64,000 nucleotides of DNA from an uncultured delta proteobacterium (GTDB taxonomy: Bacteria > Desulfobacterota > Binatia > Bin18): positions 16,283-80,282 of the forward strand of contig CAVTCR010000010.1 of the NCBI GenBank assembly GCA_963733195.1, written 5' to 3'. Shown in pieces: positions 21,245 through 30,603 of the stretch. Both the position numbers and the translations under genes were made by a program. The stretch's first letter is position 1. Every line of letters begins with the position of its first letter. The notes under the pieces are model-generated. The model was not told where the DNA came from, did not search any database, and worked only from the letters and a program-made list of their open reading frames with translations.

Positions 21245-21551
21245 ACAGAGGAGAAAAACCATGAAAGTAGTGAATATGTTGAAATCTGCTGGAGCCCTTG
21301 GTCGTACACGGTGGTGGAACGACAACCGAGCCGACGACGTCTTGAGGGGGCTACCGCGCTGGTGGAGAAAAAAGAGCATTGCCGGCACGGCACGGTGTGC
21401 GACGCTGGTTGGTCTGAGTGTGTTAGTGGCCGCGCTGTGTCTGCAGCCATCACTGGCAGTCGCCGTCGAGGACGTGCCGTATGGCGAGGACGGTTCACCC
21501 CCCGACAATGACGCTCAGGCCGACACGGACGCGTCCAACGACGCAATCTTA
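21245..21551 (+). repeat. RBS + 97-codon leader cassette, copy B
   Basis: ~94% identical to 11968..12274. Confidence 0.95.
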
Positions 21552-22916
21552 TCGGGAGTCGATCCTCATCCAGACGCAATCAACACGGCTACGTGTGACT
21601 ACCACGACACGACTTCTCCCTACAGCGCAACGTACGCTGATTTTGCATCGAACCTCACAGGGCCGAAAGGAAACACTGGGTTGACAATCCAAAATCAAGT
21701 CGAGTATCACCACGTCGGCGGCGCGTCAGTCGTCATTATTGAAGATGGCAATATTACCCAACACCATTGGTATGGCTGTCGAGATCGGGCGACAGCCAGT
21801 CGCACCACGGCAAATACGATCTATCAGGCTGCTTCGTTGTCGAAATTTGTCAGCTCGATCGGCCTTGTGATTGCCGACCGTAACGGGGTGGTCGATCTCG
21901 ATCGCACTGTGCAGTCCTACGCGAACAGCTATCCGGACAGCTTACTGGCGGAATGGGTAGATGACAAATTTCGCGGCAACACTGAGAGTTACCCACAGAG
22001 TATCCCCCTGCGCCGCTTACTCAACCACACCGCGGGTCTTGATACCCACGGCATCGGCGCGTGGGACCCCAGCGATGTCCCGACTATGCGCGACATCATC
22101 ATGGGCTCGAACGACTTCGACGGTTTCTTTGACGGTGGTGTAGAGCCGCTCTTTGCCCCGAAGGTTTCGATTGAATACTCCGGTGGCGGCTTCATCGTCG
22201 CCGAGCATATCCTTGAACTGGAGTCACCCCTCTCGTTCAGGGAATACCTCAAACAAAACGTCCTTGATGCAGCAGGGTTGACACTGAGTACCTTTGACAA
22301 AGCACTGACGTCGATGACCAATCTCGCGCGCCCTTTTAGCCGCACAGTCGGTGACTCCAGCGTTTTGCAGACTAACGTTAAAGCGGCAGGCGGGCTCTTG
22401 GCCAATGCGCGCGAGTATGCCGAACTTGTTACGGCTCTCGTCAACGGCGGACTCACAGACAGTGGACATCGTGTGATGGTGCAGTCCGATATTAACACCA
22501 TTCTGACGCCGGCCGCACACGGAGAGTCGACCTTCGCGCCATGTGCCACTCCAAGTGAGACCAACACAATAGAAACGCCGATCGTTATCAAGGGGATAGA
22601 GATCCCAGCCTCCACTTCTATAACCGAGACATGTGTAGGCGGTGAGTTTCGCCGCGTGCTCCTCGATGGCAGCGACTGGTCCGGGCTCGGAGTCGAACTC
22701 TCCACTACTGTCGAGTCAGACGGCTACCCGCGCACCGTCGATCACGGTGGCTCACAAACCGGTTCGCGCACTTACTTTAAGATCGATCGTCGCACCGGTG
22801 ACGGCATCGTTATTATGATCAACGGAACAGAAGAGTGGGTTGATGGCGACGGGTTCATCTATGGTGCTGAGCCGTTACTTGAGGAAATTAAAGTTGCGTA
22901 TAATGCGGCATATTAA
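21261..22916 (+). CDS. Secreted serine hydrolase (beta-lactamase/class C-like family) with long shared leader
   Basis: SxxK (ASLSK), LLNHTAGL, YSGGG, AAGGL, HGG motifs; GAGGAG RBS before ATG 21261. Confidence 0.85.
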   Translation: MKVVNMLKSAGALGRTRWWNDNRADDVLRGLPRWWRKKSIAGTARCATLVGLSVLVAALCLQPSLAVAVEDVPYGEDGSPPDNDAQADTDASNDAILSGVDPHPDAINTATCDYHDTTSPYSATYADFASNLTGPKGNTGLTIQNQVEYHHVGGASVVIIEDGNITQHHWYGCRDRATASRTTANTIYQAASLSKFVSSIGLVIADRNGVVDLDRTVQSYANSYPDSLLAEWVDDKFRGNTESYPQSIPLRRLLNHTAGLDTHGIGAWDPSDVPTMRDIIMGSNDFDGFFDGGVEPLFAPKVSIEYSGGGFIVAEHILELESPLSFREYLKQNVLDAAGLTLSTFDKALTSMTNLARPFSRTVGDSSVLQTNVKAAGGLLANAREYAELVTALVNGGLTDSGHRVMVQSDINTILTPAAHGESTFAPCATPSETNTIETPIVIKGIEIPASTSITETCVGGEFRRVLLDGSDWSGLGVELSTTVESDGYPRTVDHGGSQTGSRTYFKIDRRTGDGIVIMINGTEEWVDGDGFIYGAEPLLEEIKVAYNAAY

Positions 22917-22999
22917 TCATTAAAAGTGATAATCACAAAACCTTACCGACGCCCGCAATTTACTCTTTAACTTTTTCTTTCCCTGTAAGGAGATTAGCC

Positions 23000-23197
23000 A
23001 TGATACACAAAAAAGCCCAACAGCTTCTTCGCACTGCCGTGACACAATTCACCGTAGGTGGAGCCGCAGGTTCAGCGACTGTTGCTAGTGGCAACACACT
23101 GCGGGCGCGGTTTGCATTTACCAATTACTCGACCGAAAGTGTAAACGTTATTGGTACACATCACGATGCAGCTCATCAGGATTGTCATTCTGAGTAA
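23000..23197 (+). CDS. Short hypothetical ORF, probably truncated by a repeat element
   Basis: TAAGGAG RBS; last codons run into a TGTCATTCTGAG repeat. Confidence 0.35.
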   Translation: MIHKKAQQLLRTAVTQFTVGGAAGSATVASGNTLRARFAFTNYSTESVNVIGTHHDAAHQDCHSE

Positions 23198-23241
23198 CGC
23201 GAAGAATCTCTCGGAGAGGTCCTTCGCTACGCTCAGAGTGA
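23183..23241. repeat. REP-like palindrome (TGTCATTCTGAG...CTCAGAGTGA type)
   Basis: TGTCATTCTGAGTAACGCGAAGAATCTC...TCCTTCGCTACGCTCAGAGTGA; related arms at ~35378 and 49908-50165. Confidence 0.65.
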
Positions 23242-23372
23242 TATTGCCCTGGGTTAATCTCTTATGGCTTGATTTCGCCGAAAACTGTATCAGAGTCGGG
23301 CCCTGAAATCTGGGTTTTCAGGGCCGCCTTGCGCGGAGAGGCACAGCTTATCTGCATCCTCAGCTCACCTTA

Positions 23373-24379
23373 CTAAACCACCTTTGTCGCTTTGGTACGG
23401 ATGTGGCGACTCACGCCGCACATGCCTTGAGAGATTCTCGTTCGCCGAATTCTTGTGTGAATTGCTCGCGCAGGCGAAAGATACGGGAATAAACGGATCC
23501 AGTGGTTGCGTTCAGCAGTCGAGCGATGTCCTTATACGGGGGAGTCAATTTGTACGTCCGCAGCTCCTCGACAAGGCGTTCACGCTGGCGGATACGTTTG
23601 GCAAGAGTGTGTTCTAGAGCATGCTTTTGAGCCAGGAGTTTTTTACTGTCAACAAATATTTTCCCCAGCGGAAAGAAAACCTACCTGCCTATTAAGCTCT
23701 TGCAGCTCCTTTTGTCGCAGGACGATCCATCCCCACACCGAATCGAGTTCGTCACGCAGGCGAGCAAGCTTTTCATCTTTTTGTTTGAGATTGTCTTGCA
23801 CCTCAGCTAGCAACATCAACGTATCGTGAACGGTTCGTCCGGAGATGCTCTGCCAGCAAACAGATATCTTCCGAGTTCAGTGGATACTCCAACAGTGACA
23901 ACAATTTGAGATGCAACTGTTCCTCTGGAGTAAGAGCCTTCAGGGTTTCGGTTGTCATCTCCATCAACATTTCGTCACTGCTCACTCTGTCGACAGCAAT
24001 TGATCCAGGGAGAATGTCTTCTAGGGTCCGACTTCCATCGTCTGAATCATCGACTGGAGTTTGCAAGGATATTGTTTCGATTTCTTTGCGGGTTCGTCGC
24101 CATTCTACGAACAAGTGCTTCAACACGTAGTAGGATAGAAAGGTACGAAACTGAATACTGTTGCGACCTTCGAAGGTTTTGAGGCGGATAAATATACGGT
24201 CTTTATCAAAGACATAGAGGTAAAAATCGCCGGCCTCCTCGATTGGGGTTCCATAGATTTTTACTGGAAAGTTATAGATATCCTCACCATAGGTTTCCTG
24301 GAAACGTCTGCCGTGCAACCGTATCACCTGCAGCGCATGCATTGAGGAACGCGCAGAGACCGACGTTGTCTTGGCGCAT
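23373..24379 (-). pseudogene. ECF-like sigma-70 factor with coiled-coil insert, frameshifted
   Basis: GGAGG RBS; ACAAGDTVARQTF, FYLYVF, FRTFLSY (region 2-like); C-terminal YKDIARLLNATTGSVYSRIFRLRE (region 4 HTH) in another frame. Confidence 0.65.
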
Positions 24380-24624
24380 AGAGTAATGCACCTCCCTGAA
24401 GAGAGAGCTGGGTCATATCATTGCTCTTTGTGGCTTGTGTAGTGCCGCGAGTTCGGCTTTCTAACCTCAGGAAGGAGCAATTTCTGGACCGTGCGGTTAG
24501 GAGATGTTGCCAGTAGAGAGAAGGGCCGGTCTCGATTATCGCTGATGTTGCGATTTCAGATAGCGAGGAAAATCCTGTGAGAAATCAGGCTTGTAAGCTT
24601 CTTAGGTAGGATACACCGCCTTCC

Positions 24625-27600
24625 TCAGCTCCCGCTCCGTAACTCCTCTAGCAGTGTTTTCGCCTCACGCAGGTCAGGAGTGTCAAATCCTTCAGAGAAC
24701 CAACTGTAAACTTCAGATAACATTGAGTGTGCAGCGTGTTGCCTCCCCTGTTGTTGCCAGAGGCGAGCAAGGCTCGATAGAGGCGCGCAGTTCTAAGGAT
24801 TTCGCCTGTTGTTGCCGGGCAATGTCGATGGCCTTTAAGAAACAGGCTTCGGCTTCGCCTTGGGGGTCGGGAGTCGGGGACGGAGGTCAGTTATTGACTT
24901 CCTTGACTTTGCTCTGGACTTGCTTTTGACTTGCTCTTGACTTGCCTGAAACTTGTTCGAGACTTGTTCGAGACTTGTTCGAGACTGTTGGAGGGTCAGT
25001 TCTCCCTGTAAGCCGATACAACTCTGCCTCAAACGTCCGTTCCTCGGTTCGCTCAACCGGCAGCGACTGCGTCAGTGAGCGCTTGCAGCGCAGACTCGAC
25101 CTGGCCGGTTTTGCTATAGGCGTCAACCAGCAACAGCTGATATGAAACCTCCCCAATCCTGACCCCTGCGACCTGCTGTCGTTTAAGCCCGGTCTGCATG
25201 AGGGCAATACCTTCGTCACTCTTGCCCTGCATGACTAACGCCCATCCCTGAAGTACCATCCCCATCGCCAGCAAATGAACAAACCCGCACTCCTGAGCAA
25301 ACGTGCGCGCTGCTTCGGCATGGCGCTCTACTGCTTGAAAGTCACGGCAACAGACATGGAGCGTCGCGGCTAAGTTCAACGCCAAAGCCCGGCCATAGGG
25401 GAACATCGTCTCGTGCGCCAGGGCTAATGCCTGACGACTGCACTCTCGCGCCTGGTCCGGGTAGCCCACTATCCACAACAGTACGGCAAGATGAGCGAGA
25501 CTACTGGCACGTGGGTCTTGCCCCGTCAGAAAGACTTTCGGTTGCGGCAGTTGCGGATTGTACAACGCGAGACTTTGTTCAATATGTGGACGAGCCGCGT
25601 CAAACTCGCCTAGGTGAAATAATGGCGTGCCGATCCCCAGGTGAGCCTCCGCTGCGAGTGCAGACATTCCGGTCCGCTCGACAAACTCCAGAAACTCCTG
25701 CGCTGCTGCGCGTCCGGCCTGCAGCTCACCGCGCAAGAGATGGAAATTCCGTAATCCCCACAGCGCCGCGAAACGTTGCGGTGAATCACCAACGACACGG
25801 CTCAGGTCACGAATTCGCCCGTACGCATGCTCTACCTCTGGCGCCGCGAAGCCTCGGGTATGCATCAACGAAAGACTAAGGCCAACCTGCAACGCCAGCT
25901 CTTGCTGCGTTCGTTCTGGAGACTCCGGGAAGTGCGACAGCAGCGCAATACCCTTGTTCAGATGATCGATGGCTTCCTGATAGGCGTAGGTCCACATCGC
26001 ATTCTGCGCCGCTTGTCCGAGATACTGCACCGCACGGAGGAAATCTCGGCCCAGTTCAAAGTGCACGCCGAGTTCCACTGCCACTTCACCGACTCGGCTC
26101 TGATACGCCCGTTCGAGACGTTCACCAATCCGTAGGTGCATCCCCACTCGTCGGCTTGGCGGCACATGTTCATACAAAACGTTCTGGTAAAGCGCATGAA
26201 TGAAACGATAGCGCGCAACGAATGTTCCGTCTGGCCACTCGGCAGTCCCAACCGCCTGGAGGAACTGCTCTCTCTGCGCCAAGTTCGCACATCGCATCTC
26301 AACAGCTTCATCGTCTCGTCCCAATCCCGCCGCGACGGTCGCGGCGGAAAACTCCATCCCCGCTACGCTCGCGGCCGTTAATACTTCTTGTTCCTCGGCG
26401 CCCAATTGTTCGATGTGGTGCTCGATCAATTGCCGCAGGCTCTCTGGCACCCCAATTGTTGCCCCGTCCAGCATCTGCCGCATGCGTTCTCCGTTCGCAC
26501 TATCGAGCATCCCCTGTTGTTCCAGATAGTCAGTGACATTCACCATAAACAACGGATTTCCCTCGGCATGATGATAGACAAGCTGTCCCACGCCAGCGGG
26601 TAATGCTCTGTCAGCGAACCGCCGGGTGAGATAGTGCTCGACCGCCTCGGCGGAGAGAAAACTCGGGGTGAGTTCATGGTAATGCCCAGCACGTTGGATT
26701 TGCACGCGCAGCTTTTTCAACGGATGGTCACCTCCAAGCGTTTCCAAAGATCGGGAGGTTCCGAGCACAAACAATCGAGCAGGTTCGGGACGAGCAGCAA
26801 CGACAGCAAGCAACTCCAATGTCGAATAATCACTCCACTGCAGATCTTCGAGACACAGAATAAACGGGCGCTCCACAGTCAGTGCTTCGAATGCCTCGGC
26901 CATTTCTCGTAACATCCGGTCACGGGTCGCTCCTCCGACCTGGCGCTGAAGTGTCTCGCGTTCCGCATCACTGAGTAACGCGGGCATGTGCACTAACCAG
27001 GTTGGGGCGTGGCGATGGAGCAACTTTAACATTTCGTCTTTTTCAGAACCCCGACAGAGTCGCCCAAAAGCTTCCAGCACCGGCATATACGGTTCTCCTG
27101 CGCCGTATTGCTCGATGCATTGGCCCCGACCCAGCCAGGGAACAGGATTTGGGGTCTGGGATCTAGGATCTAGGAATTGGTCTTCTATTTTTGATTTTTG
27201 ACTTTTGATTTTTGACTTTTGACTTTCTTCCTGCTTTTGTACTCCGAACTCTTCGGAACTCTGTACCCCGAACACAAAGGTGTCGACGAGGGCCGTTTTC
27301 CCAATCCCGGCTTCGCCAGTTACGAAGATAATCTGCCGCTCACCGCTACATGCTCGAGCAAACCATTGGTGAAGTTGTACAAGTTCGGTGTCACGACCAA
27401 CGAAGTTCGGGGCTTGAGGCTTGAGGCTTGAGGCTTGAGGGAAGACAAAGGCAGTTTCTGTTTCTGACTTTTGCTCTTTGCCTTTTGCCTTTTGACTTTC
27501 CTCTTGTCCTGGACTTTGGACTCTGGACTCTGGACTCTGGACTTCCGCGATAAACCGATACCCTCGTCGATGCGCCGTCTCGATGTACTGCGGTGATTTG

Positions 27601-27899
27601 GCGTCGTCTTCTAAAGCTTTGCGTAACTCCTTGATACATGAGGTCAACGTACTGTGACTCACAATCGTATCTGGCCACACCGCGCGTAATAATTCACGCT
27701 TAGACACCAACTGACTTGGACGATGAGCTAGATGGCGTAGGACTGCGAAAGCTTTCCCGGTTAGTCGCACGACGTGTTGATTCCGCCACAGTTGCCCGTT
27801 TTGTGGGTCCAATCGATAGACACCGAAGTGCAGGACTTCGTGTGGTTGTGCTTGTGGTGCTTGCTCTGCAGCTGGGAAGTCTGTTCGCGTTTTCATCAT
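24625..27899 (-). CDS. Transcriptional regulator: OmpR/PhoB-type (CadC-like) wHTH + AAA_16/STAND ATPase + TPR; frameshift near 25060
   Basis: wHTH ..VWPDTIVS..IKELRKAL..IETAHRRGYRF; FVGR, GEAGIGKT, LEDLQWSD, GNPLF; tail FEAELYRL..KSLELRA..EGFDTPDLREAKTLL* ending 24625. Confidence 0.85.
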
Positions 27900-28044
27900 G
27901 CTGACATTCCTCCCTTTTCGTAACGACCTTTTTGGTCACGTATCCAACAGGGTGGGTACTTATAAAATAGAAAAATCTAAGTCTAGATTAACAGGGAAAG
28001 AGGACTCTCGCAGCCTCGGAGGTTCGCTGATAAGAGATACAACT

Positions 28045-28308
28045 ATGGACTTAGTTGAGATCTACCTCCGCATCCGACGTGAGGACATCGCCCTGCTCAA
28101 GTTTGTCGTCGAATCTTATGAAGGGATTGGTATTGTCCGAACCATCGATAGGAAAAGAGCGACGGTAGCGATCTTGGCCATGCCTGACTTGGTTGATCAT
28201 ATTTGGGCAGTACTGGAATCCCTGCGCGAAGACATGGAGTGGTATGAGATTCCAGCTCCAACAGAACAGGATGATTGGCTGATGGAAAGACTGAAAAATG
28301 AAGACTGA
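28045..28308 (+). CDS. DUF4911-like small protein
   Basis: IALLKFVVESYEGIGIVRTID motif. Confidence 0.7.
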   Translation: MDLVEIYLRIRREDIALLKFVVESYEGIGIVRTIDRKRATVAILAMPDLVDHIWAVLESLREDMEWYEIPAPTEQDDWLMERLKNED

Positions 28309-28350
28309 AAAATGAAGAATTACCGGTTTATTGCTTTTCGATTATCTCTT

Positions 28351-29115
28351 TCATTCTTCACTCTTCACTTTTAACTCTTTATTCTCCTCTCTTCTCGTGC
28401 CACACACATAGGCCACGCCAATACTCACAAGGTAGAGAAGCAACAGCGGACCAGCCAGTAAGAGCTGAGAGGCGACATCTGGTCCGGGAGTCAAGACGGC
28501 GGCCATAATGAAAATTCCCACAACCGAGTAGCGGAAAAAATCGAGCAACGTACGGTGAGTAATCAAGCCGACGCGAGTAAAGAAGAACGCCAGCACCGGC
28601 AACTCGAACGTAATGCCAAACGCTAGCAGCATACGTGAGGTGAAACTAAAATATTCGCTGATGCGCAACGTCGCCTGCACCCCAATCGTTTTGTACTCCT
28701 CAAGGAAAAATCTGTAGGCCACCGGCAAAACCACCATGTAGCAGAAACTCGCGCCGAGGAGAAAAAAGAGGCTCGCAAACAAGACGAAGGGAATCGCATA
28801 GCGTTTCTCGTTTTGGTATAAGCCCGGTGCGACAAACTGCCAGAGCTGATAAAAAACGACTGGGCTCGCGGCAAAAATAGCGGCAATAAAGGCGACTTTG
28901 AGTTTGGCGAAAAAAGCCTCAGCTGGAGCGAGACCCACGACAGGTGGTGGATCAGGTAGTTGGTGTAAAGGCTGCAGGAGAAACGCAAACAAAGTTGTGA
29001 CAAATGCATAGGTCGGCACAAAGGCGACGACAACTGCTAGCAACGCCTTCACCAGACGCCACCGCAATTCTTCAAGATGACCCAAGAGCGGCATCGTACG
29101 GTCATCAAGGGCCAT
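28351..29115 (-). CDS. tatC: Twin-arginine translocase subunit TatC
   Basis: HLEELRWRL, QLWQFVAPGL, FELP, TPGPD; multiple TM segments. Confidence 0.95.
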   Translation of the reverse strand: MALDDRTMPLLGHLEELRWRLVKALLAVVVAFVPTYAFVTTLFAFLLQPLHQLPDPPPVVGLAPAEAFFAKLKVAFIAAIFAASPVVFYQLWQFVAPGLYQNEKRYAIPFVLFASLFFLLGASFCYMVVLPVAYRFFLEEYKTIGVQATLRISEYFSFTSRMLLAFGITFELPVLAFFFTRVGLITHRTLLDFFRYSVVGIFIMAAVLTPGPDVASQLLLAGPLLLLYLVSIGVAYVCGTRREENKELKVKSEE

Positions 29116-29116
29116 C

Positions 29117-29470
29117 TTACGAAGACTCTCCTGTTGGTGACTCCTTTTTTGTTTGTGCGACAGTAAACTCTGGCGGAGTCAGGATTGGTTCAGTAACAGA
29201 CTCCGCAGACGTGGTTAGGGCTGATGAGGATTGCCCAGCGTGGTTTGTTCTCGTCTTTTCTTCTTGAGTAGCACGCTCAGCTTGACGTACCTCTTCTTCC
29301 AACATGGACTTTGCATTATTGAATTCAGCAGAAATCTCATCTGTCGCTTTGCGAAATTCGCCCAGTGCTTTGCCGAGAAATTTTGCGACTTCTGGAAGCT
29401 GTTTCGGCCCTAAAATCACCAGGGCCACAAGGAAGATCACGACTAATTCTGGTACGCCAACGCCAAACAT
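29117..29470 (-). CDS. tatB: TatA/TatB family subunit
   Basis: MFGVGVPEL..GPKQLPEVAKFLGK; directly upstream of tatC. Confidence 0.8.
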   Translation of the reverse strand: MFGVGVPELVVIFLVALVILGPKQLPEVAKFLGKALGEFRKATDEISAEFNNAKSMLEEEVRQAERATQEEKTRTNHAGQSSSALTTSAESVTEPILTPPEFTVAQTKKESPTGESS

Positions 29471-29560
29471 AATTGCTGTTTCGGCTACGGTAGTATAATC
29501 GACTCACTGACGCAAGCTGTGAGGATGGGAATCAAGGATCTAGGGAAGGAAGATAAGACC

Positions 29561-30598
29561 ATGACGACATTGCGCACTGGTATTGTTTTGGATTCACGTT
29601 ATCAAGACCACTACACTGGCCGCACTCATCCTGAGCGACCAGAGCGAATTGCCACTTTGCTTGATCTCATCGAACATACACAGCGGTCAGGCTTGAAACG
29701 CATGTCACCTCGGCTGGCCACCCCGGAGGAAGTAGGGCTCATCCATGATCCCGCTCACGTAGACCGTGTCGCTGCCACAGCCCAGCAAGACCGTTTTTCC
29801 TTCGATGCCGATACTCCAGTCTCTGCGCAATCCTATGCCACAGCGATGTTAGCAACCGGTGGACTACTCACGTTGCTCGATGCCGTTATGGAGCGAGAGA
29901 TCGACAACGGCTTTGCTCTTGTCCGGCCCCCAGGCCATCATGCCGAGCGCAATCGCCCTATGGGGTTCTGTCTTTTTAATAGCGCAGCAATTGGTGCGCA
30001 GTATTTGCGAGAAAGATTTGGACTGAACCGTATTCTAGTAATGGATTGGGATGTCCATCACGGTAACGGTACCCAACACAGTTTCTATGATGACCCTGGA
30101 GTACTGTACGTCTCCACCCATCAGTATCCGTATTATCCAGGGACTGGCGCACTTGATGAAGTCGGGCGAGGACGAGGCGAAGGCTATACGCTTAATTTGC
30201 CACTCTCAGCAGGTTGTGGAGATGAAGAGTATCAAGAGTTATTCGAGTTCGTTATTGATCCGATTTGTCGTCAATTCGATCCCGAATTTGTCGTGATTTC
30301 CGCAGGGTTTGACGCCCATGTCCGAGACCCCCTCGGCGGCATGCAAGTGACCGAGACCGGATTCGGCACCATGGCCCGTATCCTTTTGCGCGTCGCGCAA
30401 GAGCATGCTCAAGGTCGGTGTGTTGCCATTCTTGAGGGCGGTTACGACCTCGAAGGGTTAAAAAAATCAGTGCTCCAGGTCGTAGATGAGATGGGCGGAA
30501 CACATCTGGCAACAGAGTGCCCTCCATATACACCACGTGGTTTCACTGCACCCGTGCGTAAGATTCAGCAGCGTTACTGGGAACTACCACGACAGTAA
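29561..30598 (+). CDS. Histone deacetylase family protein
   Basis: HPERPER, RPPGHHA, DWDVHHGNGT, SAGFD, LEGGY. Confidence 0.93.
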   Translation: MTTLRTGIVLDSRYQDHYTGRTHPERPERIATLLDLIEHTQRSGLKRMSPRLATPEEVGLIHDPAHVDRVAATAQQDRFSFDADTPVSAQSYATAMLATGGLLTLLDAVMEREIDNGFALVRPPGHHAERNRPMGFCLFNSAAIGAQYLRERFGLNRILVMDWDVHHGNGTQHSFYDDPGVLYVSTHQYPYYPGTGALDEVGRGRGEGYTLNLPLSAGCGDEEYQELFEFVIDPICRQFDPEFVVISAGFDAHVRDPLGGMQVTETGFGTMARILLRVAQEHAQGRCVAILEGGYDLEGLKKSVLQVVDEMGGTHLATECPPYTPRGFTAPVRKIQQRYWELPRQ

Positions 30599-30603
30599 CG
30601 TGC

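Noticed and set aside
11968-21551. 307-bp repeat pair as DGR template/variable region
   Set aside because: No reverse transcriptase in the window, mismatches are not confined to adenines, and the repeat is N-terminal
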